Positions 8,347 through 16,676 of a stretch of 24,937 bases of DNA are shown here, piece by piece (the stretch's first letter is position 1; each line of letters starts with the position of its first letter). Under the pieces are notes generated by a model. It saw only the letters and a program-made list of their open reading frames with translations, was not told the origin of the DNA and ran no database searches. The stretch is from a virus (lineage: Duplodnaviria; Caudoviricetes), in the IMG/VR virus record IMGVR_UViG_3300037635_005855, positions 1 through 24,937 of that record. The stretch is one strand, 5' to 3'. Made by a program: the position numbers and the translations under genes.

Positions 8347-8551
8347 AGCAAGAGAAAAAGGTCGCACAGAGCGTTACCTACCAAAATCAGCGTGGGCTTC
8401 TATGTCCAAGGAAGAACGTCGTGCTACGGATGAAAAGAAAAAACGAGCTACTAGAGGTAAGCCTGTGAATACTCATGTGTCTAATACTGAAACCGCAAAG
8501 CGAGCTTCTAAAAAAGCTAGATCTTACAAAAAATCTAAGGAGTCCTCATGA
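8336..8551 (+). CDS. Basic protein resembling the C-terminal half of the DUF5872 family
   Basis: ATG at 8336; TERYLPKSAWASMSKEERRATDEKKKR...HVSNTETAKRA resembles RYLPKKAWE.LS.EE..ATD.KK...FV.NT..AK.A (recalled). Confidence 0.7.
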   Translation: MADKAREKGRTERYLPKSAWASMSKEERRATDEKKKRATRGKPVNTHVSNTETAKRASKKARSYKKSKESS

Positions 8552-8679
8552 GTTCACAAAACTGCTGGCCTGGTTACGAAAAGCAAGGAATGAAACGAGG
8601 TAAATCTGGCAAAATGGTGAATAACTGTGTAAAAACTTCAGCTAAAAAGAAAGCACAAGCGTATAAAAAAACTAAGTAA
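8548..8679 (+). CDS. Small basic protein with a CWPGY...NCV motif (43 aa; not in the ORF track)
   Basis: MSSQNCWPGYEKQGMKRGKSGKMVNNCVKTSAKKKAQAYKKTK; ATGA overlap, AAGGAG upstream. Confidence 0.75.
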   Translation: MSSQNCWPGYEKQGMKRGKSGKMVNNCVKTSAKKKAQAYKKTK

Positions 8680-8681
8680 AT

Positions 8682-9029
8682 CTAAGGTTGTTTAGGAGGC
8701 TTGTTGAAAGATTCGTGTTTACCTTCCCACCAAGAGCTTTTAATTCTCATAGGACCACCTAGTAATTTTTGTGCTTCTGAGCCGTCAGGTTTTTCTTCTA
8801 AAAATATAGGTTTATTTCTTTCTCTATCTTCTGCTTCCCATAAAGCTCTTATAGTTTCTACGTCCTCATCTACTTCTTTTAAAACTATTTCTGTTCTAAA
8901 CTCAACCCAATCAGGTTTGCAGTTTTCTAAAATTTTAGCGATTAAAGGTTGAAATTTTATTTTTGGAGAAAAACGTGACCAAAACATTATTAGCTCATAA
9001 ACTAACGCGTTGATCTTGTTGTACTTCAT
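8682..9029 (-). CDS. Hypothetical protein
   Basis: 115 aa ORF filling the gap, with consistent A/T-ending codons. Confidence 0.7.
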   Translation of the reverse strand: MKYNKINALVYELIMFWSRFSPKIKFQPLIAKILENCKPDWVEFRTEIVLKEVDEDVETIRALWEAEDRERNKPIFLEEKPDGSEAQKLLGGPMRIKSSWWEGKHESFNKPPKQP

Positions 9030-9057
9030 TGTGTAAGGTCAGAGTTATCTGTCATCA

Positions 9058-9543
9058 TTATCCCCAATAGAGATTACCGCTGCCGTCGTTACGCAGAGCT
9101 TGACCAGCAGTTCCTTGACTTTGAGGTAGAACCCAAGTCCATGTGGCAGAAGCACTATGCGGAGGCGCTTTTAAAGTAACACCATGTGTGTTGACTTCGC
9201 AGTTAAGTACGATAGCTGCATCCTTACCTGTAGTACCGTAAAAAGTATATAATCCACTAGCTGTGTTTTTTAGATTGATACCACCTTGGTATTCAAGTGT
9301 TCCATTAAAAGTCGAACCGCTTGCAGAAACTCCTGCTGCCGAAATAATATTATCTTGAATAGCAGAGTGCATAACCCCGCTGATAGTTAGTTGTTTTGGT
9401 TGAGCTTCTGCCTGTATTTCTGTTACATCTACTAAAGGTAAAATTGCGTTAGTGTTTATATACGTGTACTTTTGCAGTTGATGGGTTTTTACTATTTCTC
9501 GGCCCCAAGTCCTAGCTGTATCTAAATCTCTTTTACCGGACAT
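9058..9543 (-). CDS. Virion protein with a tail-fibre-type C-terminal module
   Basis: LNCEVNTHGVTLKAPPHSA...VLP..GTAGQAL.NDGSGNL.W is a recurrent phage fibre segment. Confidence 0.65.
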   Translation of the reverse strand: MSGKRDLDTARTWGREIVKTHQLQKYTYINTNAILPLVDVTEIQAEAQPKQLTISGVMHSAIQDNIISAAGVSASGSTFNGTLEYQGGINLKNTASGLYTFYGTTGKDAAIVLNCEVNTHGVTLKAPPHSASATWTWVLPQSQGTAGQALRNDGSGNLYWG

Positions 9544-9618
9544 GTTTAGGTAAACAAGGTAGACCTCTGTATATTAATCTACTTACGCTATTATTAAGGG
9601 ATAGTTCTAAGAATTGTC

Positions 9619-10014
9619 GTGGCACAAACTACTTTTAATAGAGAGCTTGGAGCTGCTCCAGCTGGTATTACTAGGTTTGGACAGATCCGTACAGAAGACG
9701 GATCCAATGTTACGGTAAATTCTTACCGCACTTTTGCTGGAGACGGAAGTTTTCCACTTTCTGATGTTTATAAGATTACTTACGGTTCCACAGGGCTTGT
9801 AACTTATAACTTAGATGCCGAAGCTTTTGCTGTTAGTGGTATTACCGTTATCGGAGCGGATGGAACCGAAAAAGCTGCCCTTACAAACCCTAAGAAAACC
9901 AGACGTTTAGCAACAGAAGTTCAATTTTCTGTTTCTTCCGGCGAAGAAGGAACTTTGTACGTTAACCGTAAAGGTCGTTCTGAAGCAGAATACAGAGTTA
10001 CAATCACAATTTAA
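9619..10014 (+). CDS. Hypothetical beta-rich, probably structural protein
   Basis: 131 aa; TATTAT-TAA at 9589..9597 upstream. Confidence 0.7.
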   Translation: MAQTTFNRELGAAPAGITRFGQIRTEDGSNVTVNSYRTFAGDGSFPLSDVYKITYGSTGLVTYNLDAEAFAVSGITVIGADGTEKAALTNPKKTRRLATEVQFSVSSGEEGTLYVNRKGRSEAEYRVTITI

Positions 10015-10042
10015 GTTTAATTAAGCCACGGCGAACAAAGAT

Positions 10043-10104
10043 GTGAGTTGCTTTCCTGAGAAGTTCAGGAGAGCTGTAGTCACGCAGTTAAATGCAGGTT
10101 TTTT
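10043..10104 (+). other. Intergenic stem-loop (candidate ncRNA or terminator/attenuator)
   Basis: GCTTTCCTGA-gaagt-TCAGGAGAGC 10-bp stem with one G.U pair (10050..10074), outer GTGA/TCAC pairing, T6 tract at 10099..10104. Confidence 0.4.
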
Positions 10105-10158
10105 GCCTTGTTTTTCCAAGTTTTTTGGGTAAGAATGAGTCAAAATTAAGGGTTACAA

Positions 10159-11388
10159 GTGAATCTGTCGAATATTGGTCTTGATTTAATCAAGCACTTT
10201 GAAGGTTTGAGATTAATTTCTTATAAAGATGTTGCGGGTGTTGAAACAATTGGTTACGGGCACACAGGAGAGGACGTGTACCCTGGTTTAAAAATTACAG
10301 AAGACAAAGCACAAAGTCTTTTGCTTGGTGACACAGAGAGTGCTCAAAGATGTGTAAATAACTCTGTACAAGTTAAGCTAAATCAAAATGAGTTTGATTC
10401 GCTTGTTTCGTTTGTTTTTAATGTAGGTGTTACAGCTTTTGCTCAATCCACACTTCTTAAAAAATTAAACGCGGGTAACAATAAAACTGAAGTTGCTAGT
10501 GAATTTTCTCGTTGGGTTAAAGCTGGGTCGGACGAACCAGTTCCTGGTTTAGTGAGAAGGAGGGCCGAAGAAAAAAAATTATTTTTAACTCAAGTGAAGC
10601 ATCCACTTTTGTCTAAAAGCATTTTGGCACTACAGGACACGTGGCTTAAACGAAAACCACTGAACTCAAGTTCCTTAGAACCAGAAGACAAGCTCTTCGT
10701 ACCAAAGGGATCCGCGTGGGAGTGGTCAGAAGTCCGTATGTATGCAGGAGAGCAACACCATCGAATCTTTCTAACAGCTAAAGCTGATCAAGAATGGTGG
10801 ATCTGGCCTCAGCATTGGAAAATTATTAACGACGTAGAGACTGTTGATGCTTCTGCTAACGCAGATATCAAACTTAAAACTCCTTATTACTCTCAGCGAG
10901 ATAATTACAGGGATGCATCACGTACTTGTTTTTCTAGTAGTTGCGCAATGCTCTTAAGCACGTTAAAACCATCAGCTATATCTGGTGATGACGAGTACAT
11001 TAAAGAAGTATTTAAGTATGGAGATACAACAGAGGCTTCCGTACAGATTCAAGCACTTAAGCACTTTGGTGTTGAATCTACTTTTAGCCAAAACGCTAGT
11101 TGGGATACTATTGAAGCTCAACTTGCAAAAGGTATACCTGTACCTCTAGGAATTCTCCATCACGGCTCTGTATCAGCTCCTTCTGGCGGAGGGCATTGGA
11201 TCGTAGCTTATGGCGTCACTTCAGACAGAAGCAAGTTGTGGGTACAAGATCCTTGGGGAGAATTGGATCTAATTAGCGGGAACTATGTCAGTCAGAACGG
11301 TGCAGGACTTTTGTACTCTAAGAAAAACCTCGGACCAAGATGGCTTGTAGAAGGAAGTAACAGTGGATGGTGCATTCTTGCTTCGTGA
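10159..11388 (+). CDS. Endolysin: GH24 lysozyme + central domain + C39-like cysteine peptidase
   Basis: HFEGLRL..YKDVAG..TIGYGHT, FVFNVG, GLVRRRAEE (GH24); YYSQRDN..TCFSSSCAM..GGHW..QDPWG (C39 Q-C-H-D). Confidence 0.9.
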   Translation: MNLSNIGLDLIKHFEGLRLISYKDVAGVETIGYGHTGEDVYPGLKITEDKAQSLLLGDTESAQRCVNNSVQVKLNQNEFDSLVSFVFNVGVTAFAQSTLLKKLNAGNNKTEVASEFSRWVKAGSDEPVPGLVRRRAEEKKLFLTQVKHPLLSKSILALQDTWLKRKPLNSSSLEPEDKLFVPKGSAWEWSEVRMYAGEQHHRIFLTAKADQEWWIWPQHWKIINDVETVDASANADIKLKTPYYSQRDNYRDASRTCFSSSCAMLLSTLKPSAISGDDEYIKEVFKYGDTTEASVQIQALKHFGVESTFSQNASWDTIEAQLAKGIPVPLGILHHGSVSAPSGGGHWIVAYGVTSDRSKLWVQDPWGELDLISGNYVSQNGAGLLYSKKNLGPRWLVEGSNSGWCILAS

Positions 11389-11406
11389 TGTAGTCTGTCT
11401 TTTTGG

Positions 11407-11649
11407 ATGACCCTCGTGGAAGAGAGAAGCGTACCGACAGATTGGGATGTACAAAAAGAAAACCGTAAAGCCAAGTTTATGAATCAACTTTATGAGTTTT
11501 ACGGATGTGACGACGGCTTGTATACAGGTTTAGCTGCCAGGTTTAAAAATGATATTTTTGAGTTGATACGTGACGGTGTAGCGGAAGATTTTGCTTCTCT
11601 AGAAGAAGTGTTTATGGTTTTTGATAGAATTACTAGAGAAGCAACGTAG
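11407..11649 (+). CDS. Hypothetical protein
   Basis: 80 aa ORF in tandem with its neighbours; LYEFYG..DGLYTGL. Confidence 0.7.
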   Translation: MTLVEERSVPTDWDVQKENRKAKFMNQLYEFYGCDDGLYTGLAARFKNDIFELIRDGVAEDFASLEEVFMVFDRITREAT

Positions 11650-11652
11650 TCC

Positions 11653-11892
11653 TTGACCTATAAAAGAGACTACAAACGTGAGTACGAGGTAACTGACGGA
11701 ACTGCAAAAGTTAAGAAGAAAAGAGCGGCTAGAAATAAAGCTAGACGTTATATGGAGCGTAAAGGACTGGTACGTAAGGGAGATGGCAAGGATGTGGATC
11801 ACAAAGATTCAAATCCAAGTAATAACTCGCCTTCAAATCTTCGCGTAAAAAGTGCTTCAACTAACCGTAAAGATAACCAAAGAGGGAGTTAG
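11653..11892 (+). CDS. Small HNH endonuclease-like protein
   Basis: RDYKREY..KKRAARNKARR..KGDGKDVDHKD.NP.NN..SNLRV...NR. Confidence 0.85.
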   Translation: MTYKRDYKREYEVTDGTAKVKKKRAARNKARRYMERKGLVRKGDGKDVDHKDSNPSNNSPSNLRVKSASTNRKDNQRGS

Positions 11893-11895
11893 ACT
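11890..11895 (+). promoter_or_regulatory. Putative -10 box TAGACT (leaderless spacing)
   Basis: TTAGACTAAGC; hexamer ends 6 nt before the ATG at 11902; the identical 11-mer is on the - strand at 17479..17489. Confidence 0.5.
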
Positions 11896-11901
11896 AAGCA
11901 C

Positions 11902-12417
11902 ATGGATGGTTCTAATTTTCTTCAGCGCCCAGGTGGACTAGGCCCAACATCTAATCGAGTAAAACCGATTGGATCTTTGGCTCCTTCTATTCCAGCGGCT
12001 TATCAGAACTCAAGTGAGACGATTGAAATCAATCGAGCCACGAGCTTGGATGATGTCAACAGAACAATGGTTCAGTTTCAAAAGGATCGTGGCGAGTATG
12101 CTCGTGAACCTGTTGGCCCAACTGATTTCCAAAAAGGAAATATTGTTCCTTCTCAACAGATCACAGGTCCAGCCGGATATAACCACCGCGACCAGTTGAT
12201 CATTCCTGAGAGACCGATGGACATGTCTAAGGGAGAGTACCTCCTTAAGGCTAACAATGAAATTAACCCTGAGCTTCGCAATCAACTCAGTGTTTTAACG
12301 TTGCTTCCGACTCAAAATTTCTTGAGTACACCTGATACTTCGCAGAATACAATTCCGCAGAATTACATGATGCCCGATAGTTTACCTCTCCAACTACCCT
12401 CAGGTCCAAAAAAATGA
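11902..12417 (+). CDS. Hypothetical P/Q/N-rich, probably disordered protein
   Basis: 171 aa ORF, colinear with its neighbours. Confidence 0.7.
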   Translation: MDGSNFLQRPGGLGPTSNRVKPIGSLAPSIPAAYQNSSETIEINRATSLDDVNRTMVQFQKDRGEYAREPVGPTDFQKGNIVPSQQITGPAGYNHRDQLIIPERPMDMSKGEYLLKANNEINPELRNQLSVLTLLPTQNFLSTPDTSQNTIPQNYMMPDSLPLQLPSGPKK

Positions 12418-12557
12418 TGTCTTCTCAATCTGAACAGATGCGTATGGCTGGTATGCGTCTCGGCGGTGCTGGGCCTGCTGACGTTAAGAGAATGATCTCA
12501 AACCCATCTGAAATTACTGCTCGGCTACGCTATCAACAGACTTTCCCCAGAAGCTAG
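12414..12557 (+). CDS. Small hypothetical protein (47 aa; not in the ORF track)
   Basis: MMSSQSEQMRMAGMRLGGAGPADVKRMISNPSEITARLRYQQTFPRS; ATGA overlap upstream, stop abuts the thyX start. Confidence 0.7.
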   Translation: MMSSQSEQMRMAGMRLGGAGPADVKRMISNPSEITARLRYQQTFPRS

Positions 12558-13253
12558 TTGGCTGAGATACATACGGCAAAACTTGACTGGATCACTCCAG
12601 ATGCTCAAAAGGTAGTAGCAAGACACGCAAGAGTGTCTACAGAAGATCCTGAGCGAGACAAGTATGAGGGACTTTTAAAGTACTGTATACAACACGGTCA
12701 TTGGAGTGTATTTGAGCAGGCTTCTTGTTCCTTTGAGGTCATTACGACAAGAGCAATTTCTGCTCAAATTTTGCGACATAGAACTTTTACTTTTCAAGAA
12801 CTATCTCAACGGTACTGCGACCCAAAGAAAGTATTAGATCTAGAGGAAAAACCATTTCGATTTGATCTACGTTTTCAAGCCGAAAAGAATAGGCAGAGCA
12901 GTTCTGACAAGATACCCATGAAACTCCAAGAAGAGTTTTGGGATCGACTCGAAATTTTTGACGGCATCGTTCACGATCTTTACGAAGATATGATTCGTTC
13001 TGGCGTGGCACGCGAATGCGCAAGAAATATGCTTCCTTTATACACGCCCACAAAAATTCACATTGCTGGCACAATTCGTTCGTTTATCCACTACGTAGGT
13101 TTGCGAGGACAAGACGAAACGCAGCTTGAACATAGAGATATTGCTCGCTCTATTGGCACAGTGTTGAGTTGTGAGGTTCCGATAATTATTGCAGCTGTTA
13201 AAAACTCAGAAGATAAAAGTCTTAAAGGTTGGGACTTTCTCAGCACTGTTTAA
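12558..13253 (+). CDS. thyX: FAD-dependent thymidylate synthase
   Basis: HWSVFEQ, QILRHRTFTFQELSQRY (ThyX motif), GVARECAR..LP, TQLEHR.IA. Confidence 0.95.
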   Translation: MAEIHTAKLDWITPDAQKVVARHARVSTEDPERDKYEGLLKYCIQHGHWSVFEQASCSFEVITTRAISAQILRHRTFTFQELSQRYCDPKKVLDLEEKPFRFDLRFQAEKNRQSSSDKIPMKLQEEFWDRLEIFDGIVHDLYEDMIRSGVARECARNMLPLYTPTKIHIAGTIRSFIHYVGLRGQDETQLEHRDIARSIGTVLSCEVPIIIAAVKNSEDKSLKGWDFLSTV

Positions 13254-13826
13254 CTAAGGCTTGACGTTTTCCCAAGGAGACGGAGGAGCAGGAACTGATG
13301 TTGGCATAGCCTGATTATTTTTAGCGGCTTGTTGAAGCTGCAGATACTGCAACGCACGTTTGTGCTGATCTAGGTCTTGTGCCATCGCCTGTGTTTGACT
13401 CTCTGCCCACTTTTTTGCGTTAGTGGTTAATTCGTCCAACGCACTTTGCGCGTGAGGGTAGACAAAAACTACACCAGCACCTGTTTTCACAGGTACTTTT
13501 TGTCCATCAGCGTTTTCAGCCAACTGAGTCAGAAAATTATGAGCTTGAGCTAAAGGAACATTCGCCATGAACGAAAGTTGGACTGGATCAACAATCCCTC
13601 GATTACTTTCATATAAAGCACTAAAGCAACCAGTGACTCTGTTTGCCATCTGTGTCTCTTGTAGCTTTTTATATTCTTTATCTTTGCCTAGTGCAGTTCC
13701 TCCGAGGAGTCCCCCAGCAAAGACAAAGGCAGCACTCACATATTGAGGAGCTACAAACGCCGTGGTAATCCCAACAGCGGCACTTAGTCCTAGGGAAAGA
13801 CCGAGGTTAGTTAGAGGCTTTGTCAT
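13254..13826 (-). CDS. Membrane protein (two N-terminal TM helices, Q/A-rich coiled C-terminus)
   Basis: Likely start is the ATG at 13826 (MTKPLTNLGLSLGLSAAVGITTAFVAPQYVSAAFVFAGGLLGG). Confidence 0.7.
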   Translation of the reverse strand: MTKPLTNLGLSLGLSAAVGITTAFVAPQYVSAAFVFAGGLLGGTALGKDKEYKKLQETQMANRVTGCFSALYESNRGIVDPVQLSFMANVPLAQAHNFLTQLAENADGQKVPVKTGAGVVFVYPHAQSALDELTTNAKKWAESQTQAMAQDLDQHKRALQYLQLQQAAKNNQAMPTSVPAPPSPWENVKP

Positions 13827-16569
13827 GCTTTTGAAACGCTGTTTCCCAGTTATTTGTGTGTGGATCTTGCGCAAACTCTACAGGGGTAGGTAGGCGCTCT
13901 GAACCGCGTGTTGCTCGATCAGAGTTTACATCGTATGGCTTGAGACGTAGACCTTTTATAGAAGGAATACCGTCATTTAACACGATTTTAACGGAATTAA
14001 GTTTCAGGATGTTCACACAAGCTTCCTTAGTGCGCTCAACGAAACGATGTTTTGCTGCAGGCTTATAACCACAAGACTTACAGAAGTTTGCGTAGCTAGG
14101 ATAAAGAGCACCGTATGCATTCGCAACATACATTCCTTTTTCACCCTCGTCAGCATTTGGTTTACGCGCACCAGCACCAACAGCCGTGATTGTATTAGGT
14201 GCATAAAGACAGCAGTCGTTTAGCCAAGCGACAAATTGATTGTTAAAAAGAAGAGCTTCGATATTGTTTTTGTTCAAAGAGGGGACATGTTTCGTGGGAT
14301 TAGCAAGAACGTCCTTCATCGTTGCGTAATCCATGGTAAGAGCCCAACTAACAATCCCACTCATCTCATTTACAAAAGCGCCTTCAATCCTGTCGTCGTA
14401 GACACTAATCAACTCTTTTCGAGAGCTGGGGTCAACTACTTTGTCCATGACGATTGTCAGGCGGCGACGTTCAAGACCGCTACTTGAGTCGTTTGACGTA
14501 ATGTGCTCATTACTAGCAATACACACAAGACACTCAGGCTTAAAGCTGATTATCTCTTTACCATATTTTCGTTCAGCTCTAAGTGTATCTGATGCTGACG
14601 TTAGCTTTTTAAGTACGTCCATGCGCTTGTTGTAGTTCGATTCGTCTGTAAGTAGAAGTAGTTTCTTACCAATCAAGTTGTATGTTTCAAATTTATTGGT
14701 CTCGATAACTTCCAAACTTGATGTATGTGTACCGTGATAACCAGCTAACGCAATCATCAACTGCTGCATTGTTGATTTTCCTGTACCGCCAGGGCCAACC
14801 AGATGAAGAAATCTCTCACCTCCTGTATAACCAGTCAGTAATGCGCGAGCAAATGCTTGAATTAATTTTTCTTGCCCTATGTCTAAAGCTGATTTAATCC
14901 AGCGCATGAACTCTGGACAGTGAGAATTTTCGTTATAGGAGTAAGCAAGCTTGTGACGAAGGTAAAGCTCCTTATTACACCCCGCCTCAAACTCCAGCGT
15001 GGACGTATCTAAAATTCCGTTCTGAAAAGGTATACACCCTCTGGATTTAGTCCAGATGCTCCTCCTTCCGCCATCTGCAGATTTAAGCAGCTTGCACTTT
15101 AAAATCGAAAATACGCTACTTATTGTCGCAGCATTATACTTACCAAGAACACCAGCAGAAATAAAAGTGTCTAAAGCTTTTACAATTCTTCGTTTGATAT
15201 GCTGCTCATCTTGGTGATACCAGATATCTAGATCTTCGTCGTAGTGATAAAACTGATCAAGATAACTGTCGTACAAGAACTGATCGCCCTGGTTTGAAAC
15301 AATTATGTCCGCTACGTCGTTTTCAGAAAACTCTCTTCTGGCATTACCTTGCGCAGCTACTAATTGAGTAGGAGTTTGAGGTGTTGTAGAACTTGTCATG
15401 GGTTTTGAAGGTGTTTTTGATTTTTTTGTTTTACTGACTGGATTTAGGTCAAACGAACTCATGTCCATAACAGCGCTAACAGCTTCTTGTCGCTTTGCTT
15501 CTGCTACCGATTCTTTGATCTCATCAGTCGCGTGGGTGTCATAGATAGAACGACTTACGCGTCTAATTTTTTTCCAGGTTCCAACCTCTCCTAAGTCTGA
15601 AGCAAGAGCTACTGCAGGCTGCAGCTCGTCTGGGTTCTTAATTGAATTAAGAATCCTCCCAAATTTTCCATCAATCTCATGAGGGTAACCATAGATGTTT
15701 TCAAATGCAGTATAGCTCACAGAGAGCGGTGTTGCGCACAGAGCAATACTGTTCTTATTACACCAGTTTGCCCACCCGATCAGCTCTTTAAAAACTGCAG
15801 CCATGGTCGAACTTCGGTCGCCTACCTCGTTTCCCTGTAACACAGAACTCACTGTGTTTGATACAACTCGTTCGATATCTAGACCATTCTTACGCAGTGT
15901 CACTTTATTTAAATACTCTTCTGGATCACCCTCTTGAGTTTGGAGCTGAGTTGGAGCCTCGTTGTATTCCCTAAAAGCATCGTCTATTTTAGTTTTTGGT
16001 ATGAAATTGTCAGATACCAGAAACACATCAGCCATATTTTTTGCTCCGTAGAACAAATTGGGGATGGTAGTTGCTCTTACATCTGAACCAGGGATGAGTG
16101 AATAGATTTTCTTACAGAACCAACTGTAAAAATTTGGATCGTATATAGAGTGTTCAAGACCAAAGACAAGCCTGAAACGAGGCCAAGATTCCGACGTGGA
16201 AGGTGAGTAATAACCACAAGTTAAGTATTTTTTGCATATTTCTAAACTTAATGCCTGCTCAACTGTAAGCTCTTGTTTTTGTAGTTTTTCTCCGTTCGGT
16301 CCTTTTCCATCAGCTTGATTATCTATATCGACAATAATGAGACCAGCTACGATGACTCCTGTCGATCCCTGAGTTCGTTTGCCTTCCCGGAGATGCCAAG
16401 CACATAAACCTGCTTTGGCTCCTACAGAAGATTTTATCTGCTCAGCGTTAGCTTGAACCGATCGCCAATTTTGATTAAAAGCTGAGAAGTTTCCGCCCGC
16501 TTCAATCTTCCCTGTTTTTTCGTCGAGGTGAGGGACGACAGCCTCATTAACTGAGCAAATAAAGTGCAT
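13807..16569 (-). CDS. DNA primase-helicase (AEP-like primase + D5/P4-type SF3 helicase)
   Basis: IVDIDN and SPS...PRFRLVF (primase); IPFQNGILD (D5_N); Walker A GPGGTGKST, Walker B LLLLTDE, AERKY, IASN, RRRL. Confidence 0.9.
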   Translation of the reverse strand: MHFICSVNEAVVPHLDEKTGKIEAGGNFSAFNQNWRSVQANAEQIKSSVGAKAGLCAWHLREGKRTQGSTGVIVAGLIIVDIDNQADGKGPNGEKLQKQELTVEQALSLEICKKYLTCGYYSPSTSESWPRFRLVFGLEHSIYDPNFYSWFCKKIYSLIPGSDVRATTIPNLFYGAKNMADVFLVSDNFIPKTKIDDAFREYNEAPTQLQTQEGDPEEYLNKVTLRKNGLDIERVVSNTVSSVLQGNEVGDRSSTMAAVFKELIGWANWCNKNSIALCATPLSVSYTAFENIYGYPHEIDGKFGRILNSIKNPDELQPAVALASDLGEVGTWKKIRRVSRSIYDTHATDEIKESVAEAKRQEAVSAVMDMSSFDLNPVSKTKKSKTPSKPMTSSTTPQTPTQLVAAQGNARREFSENDVADIIVSNQGDQFLYDSYLDQFYHYDEDLDIWYHQDEQHIKRRIVKALDTFISAGVLGKYNAATISSVFSILKCKLLKSADGGRRSIWTKSRGCIPFQNGILDTSTLEFEAGCNKELYLRHKLAYSYNENSHCPEFMRWIKSALDIGQEKLIQAFARALLTGYTGGERFLHLVGPGGTGKSTMQQLMIALAGYHGTHTSSLEVIETNKFETYNLIGKKLLLLTDESNYNKRMDVLKKLTSASDTLRAERKYGKEIISFKPECLVCIASNEHITSNDSSSGLERRRLTIVMDKVVDPSSRKELISVYDDRIEGAFVNEMSGIVSWALTMDYATMKDVLANPTKHVPSLNKNNIEALLFNNQFVAWLNDCCLYAPNTITAVGAGARKPNADEGEKGMYVANAYGALYPSYANFCKSCGYKPAAKHRFVERTKEACVNILKLNSVKIVLNDGIPSIKGLRLKPYDVNSDRATRGSERLPTPVEFAQDPHTNNWETAFQKHDKASN

Positions 16570-16676
16570 GATGTTCTTCTGTGTCCTTTAGTATGCCATG
16601 GTTTTTACTGAATCTTATTAAGAAACAATAAAGCGAACGCTCTTACAGCAGCTGCACGAAACTGAGTCTAAGCTCT

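Noticed and set aside
10020-10132. tmRNA-like tag (GCG AAC AAA... on +, or ...LFAVA* on -)
   Set aside because: No tRNA-like acceptor or T-arm ends are recognisable, the region is too short, and the + frame does not end in an Ala-Ala-type tag.
16613-16623. Palindrome TCTTA-T-TAAGA upstream of the primase gene as an operator
   Set aside because: A single short AT-rich instance; I did not notice a second copy, so it cannot be distinguished from chance.
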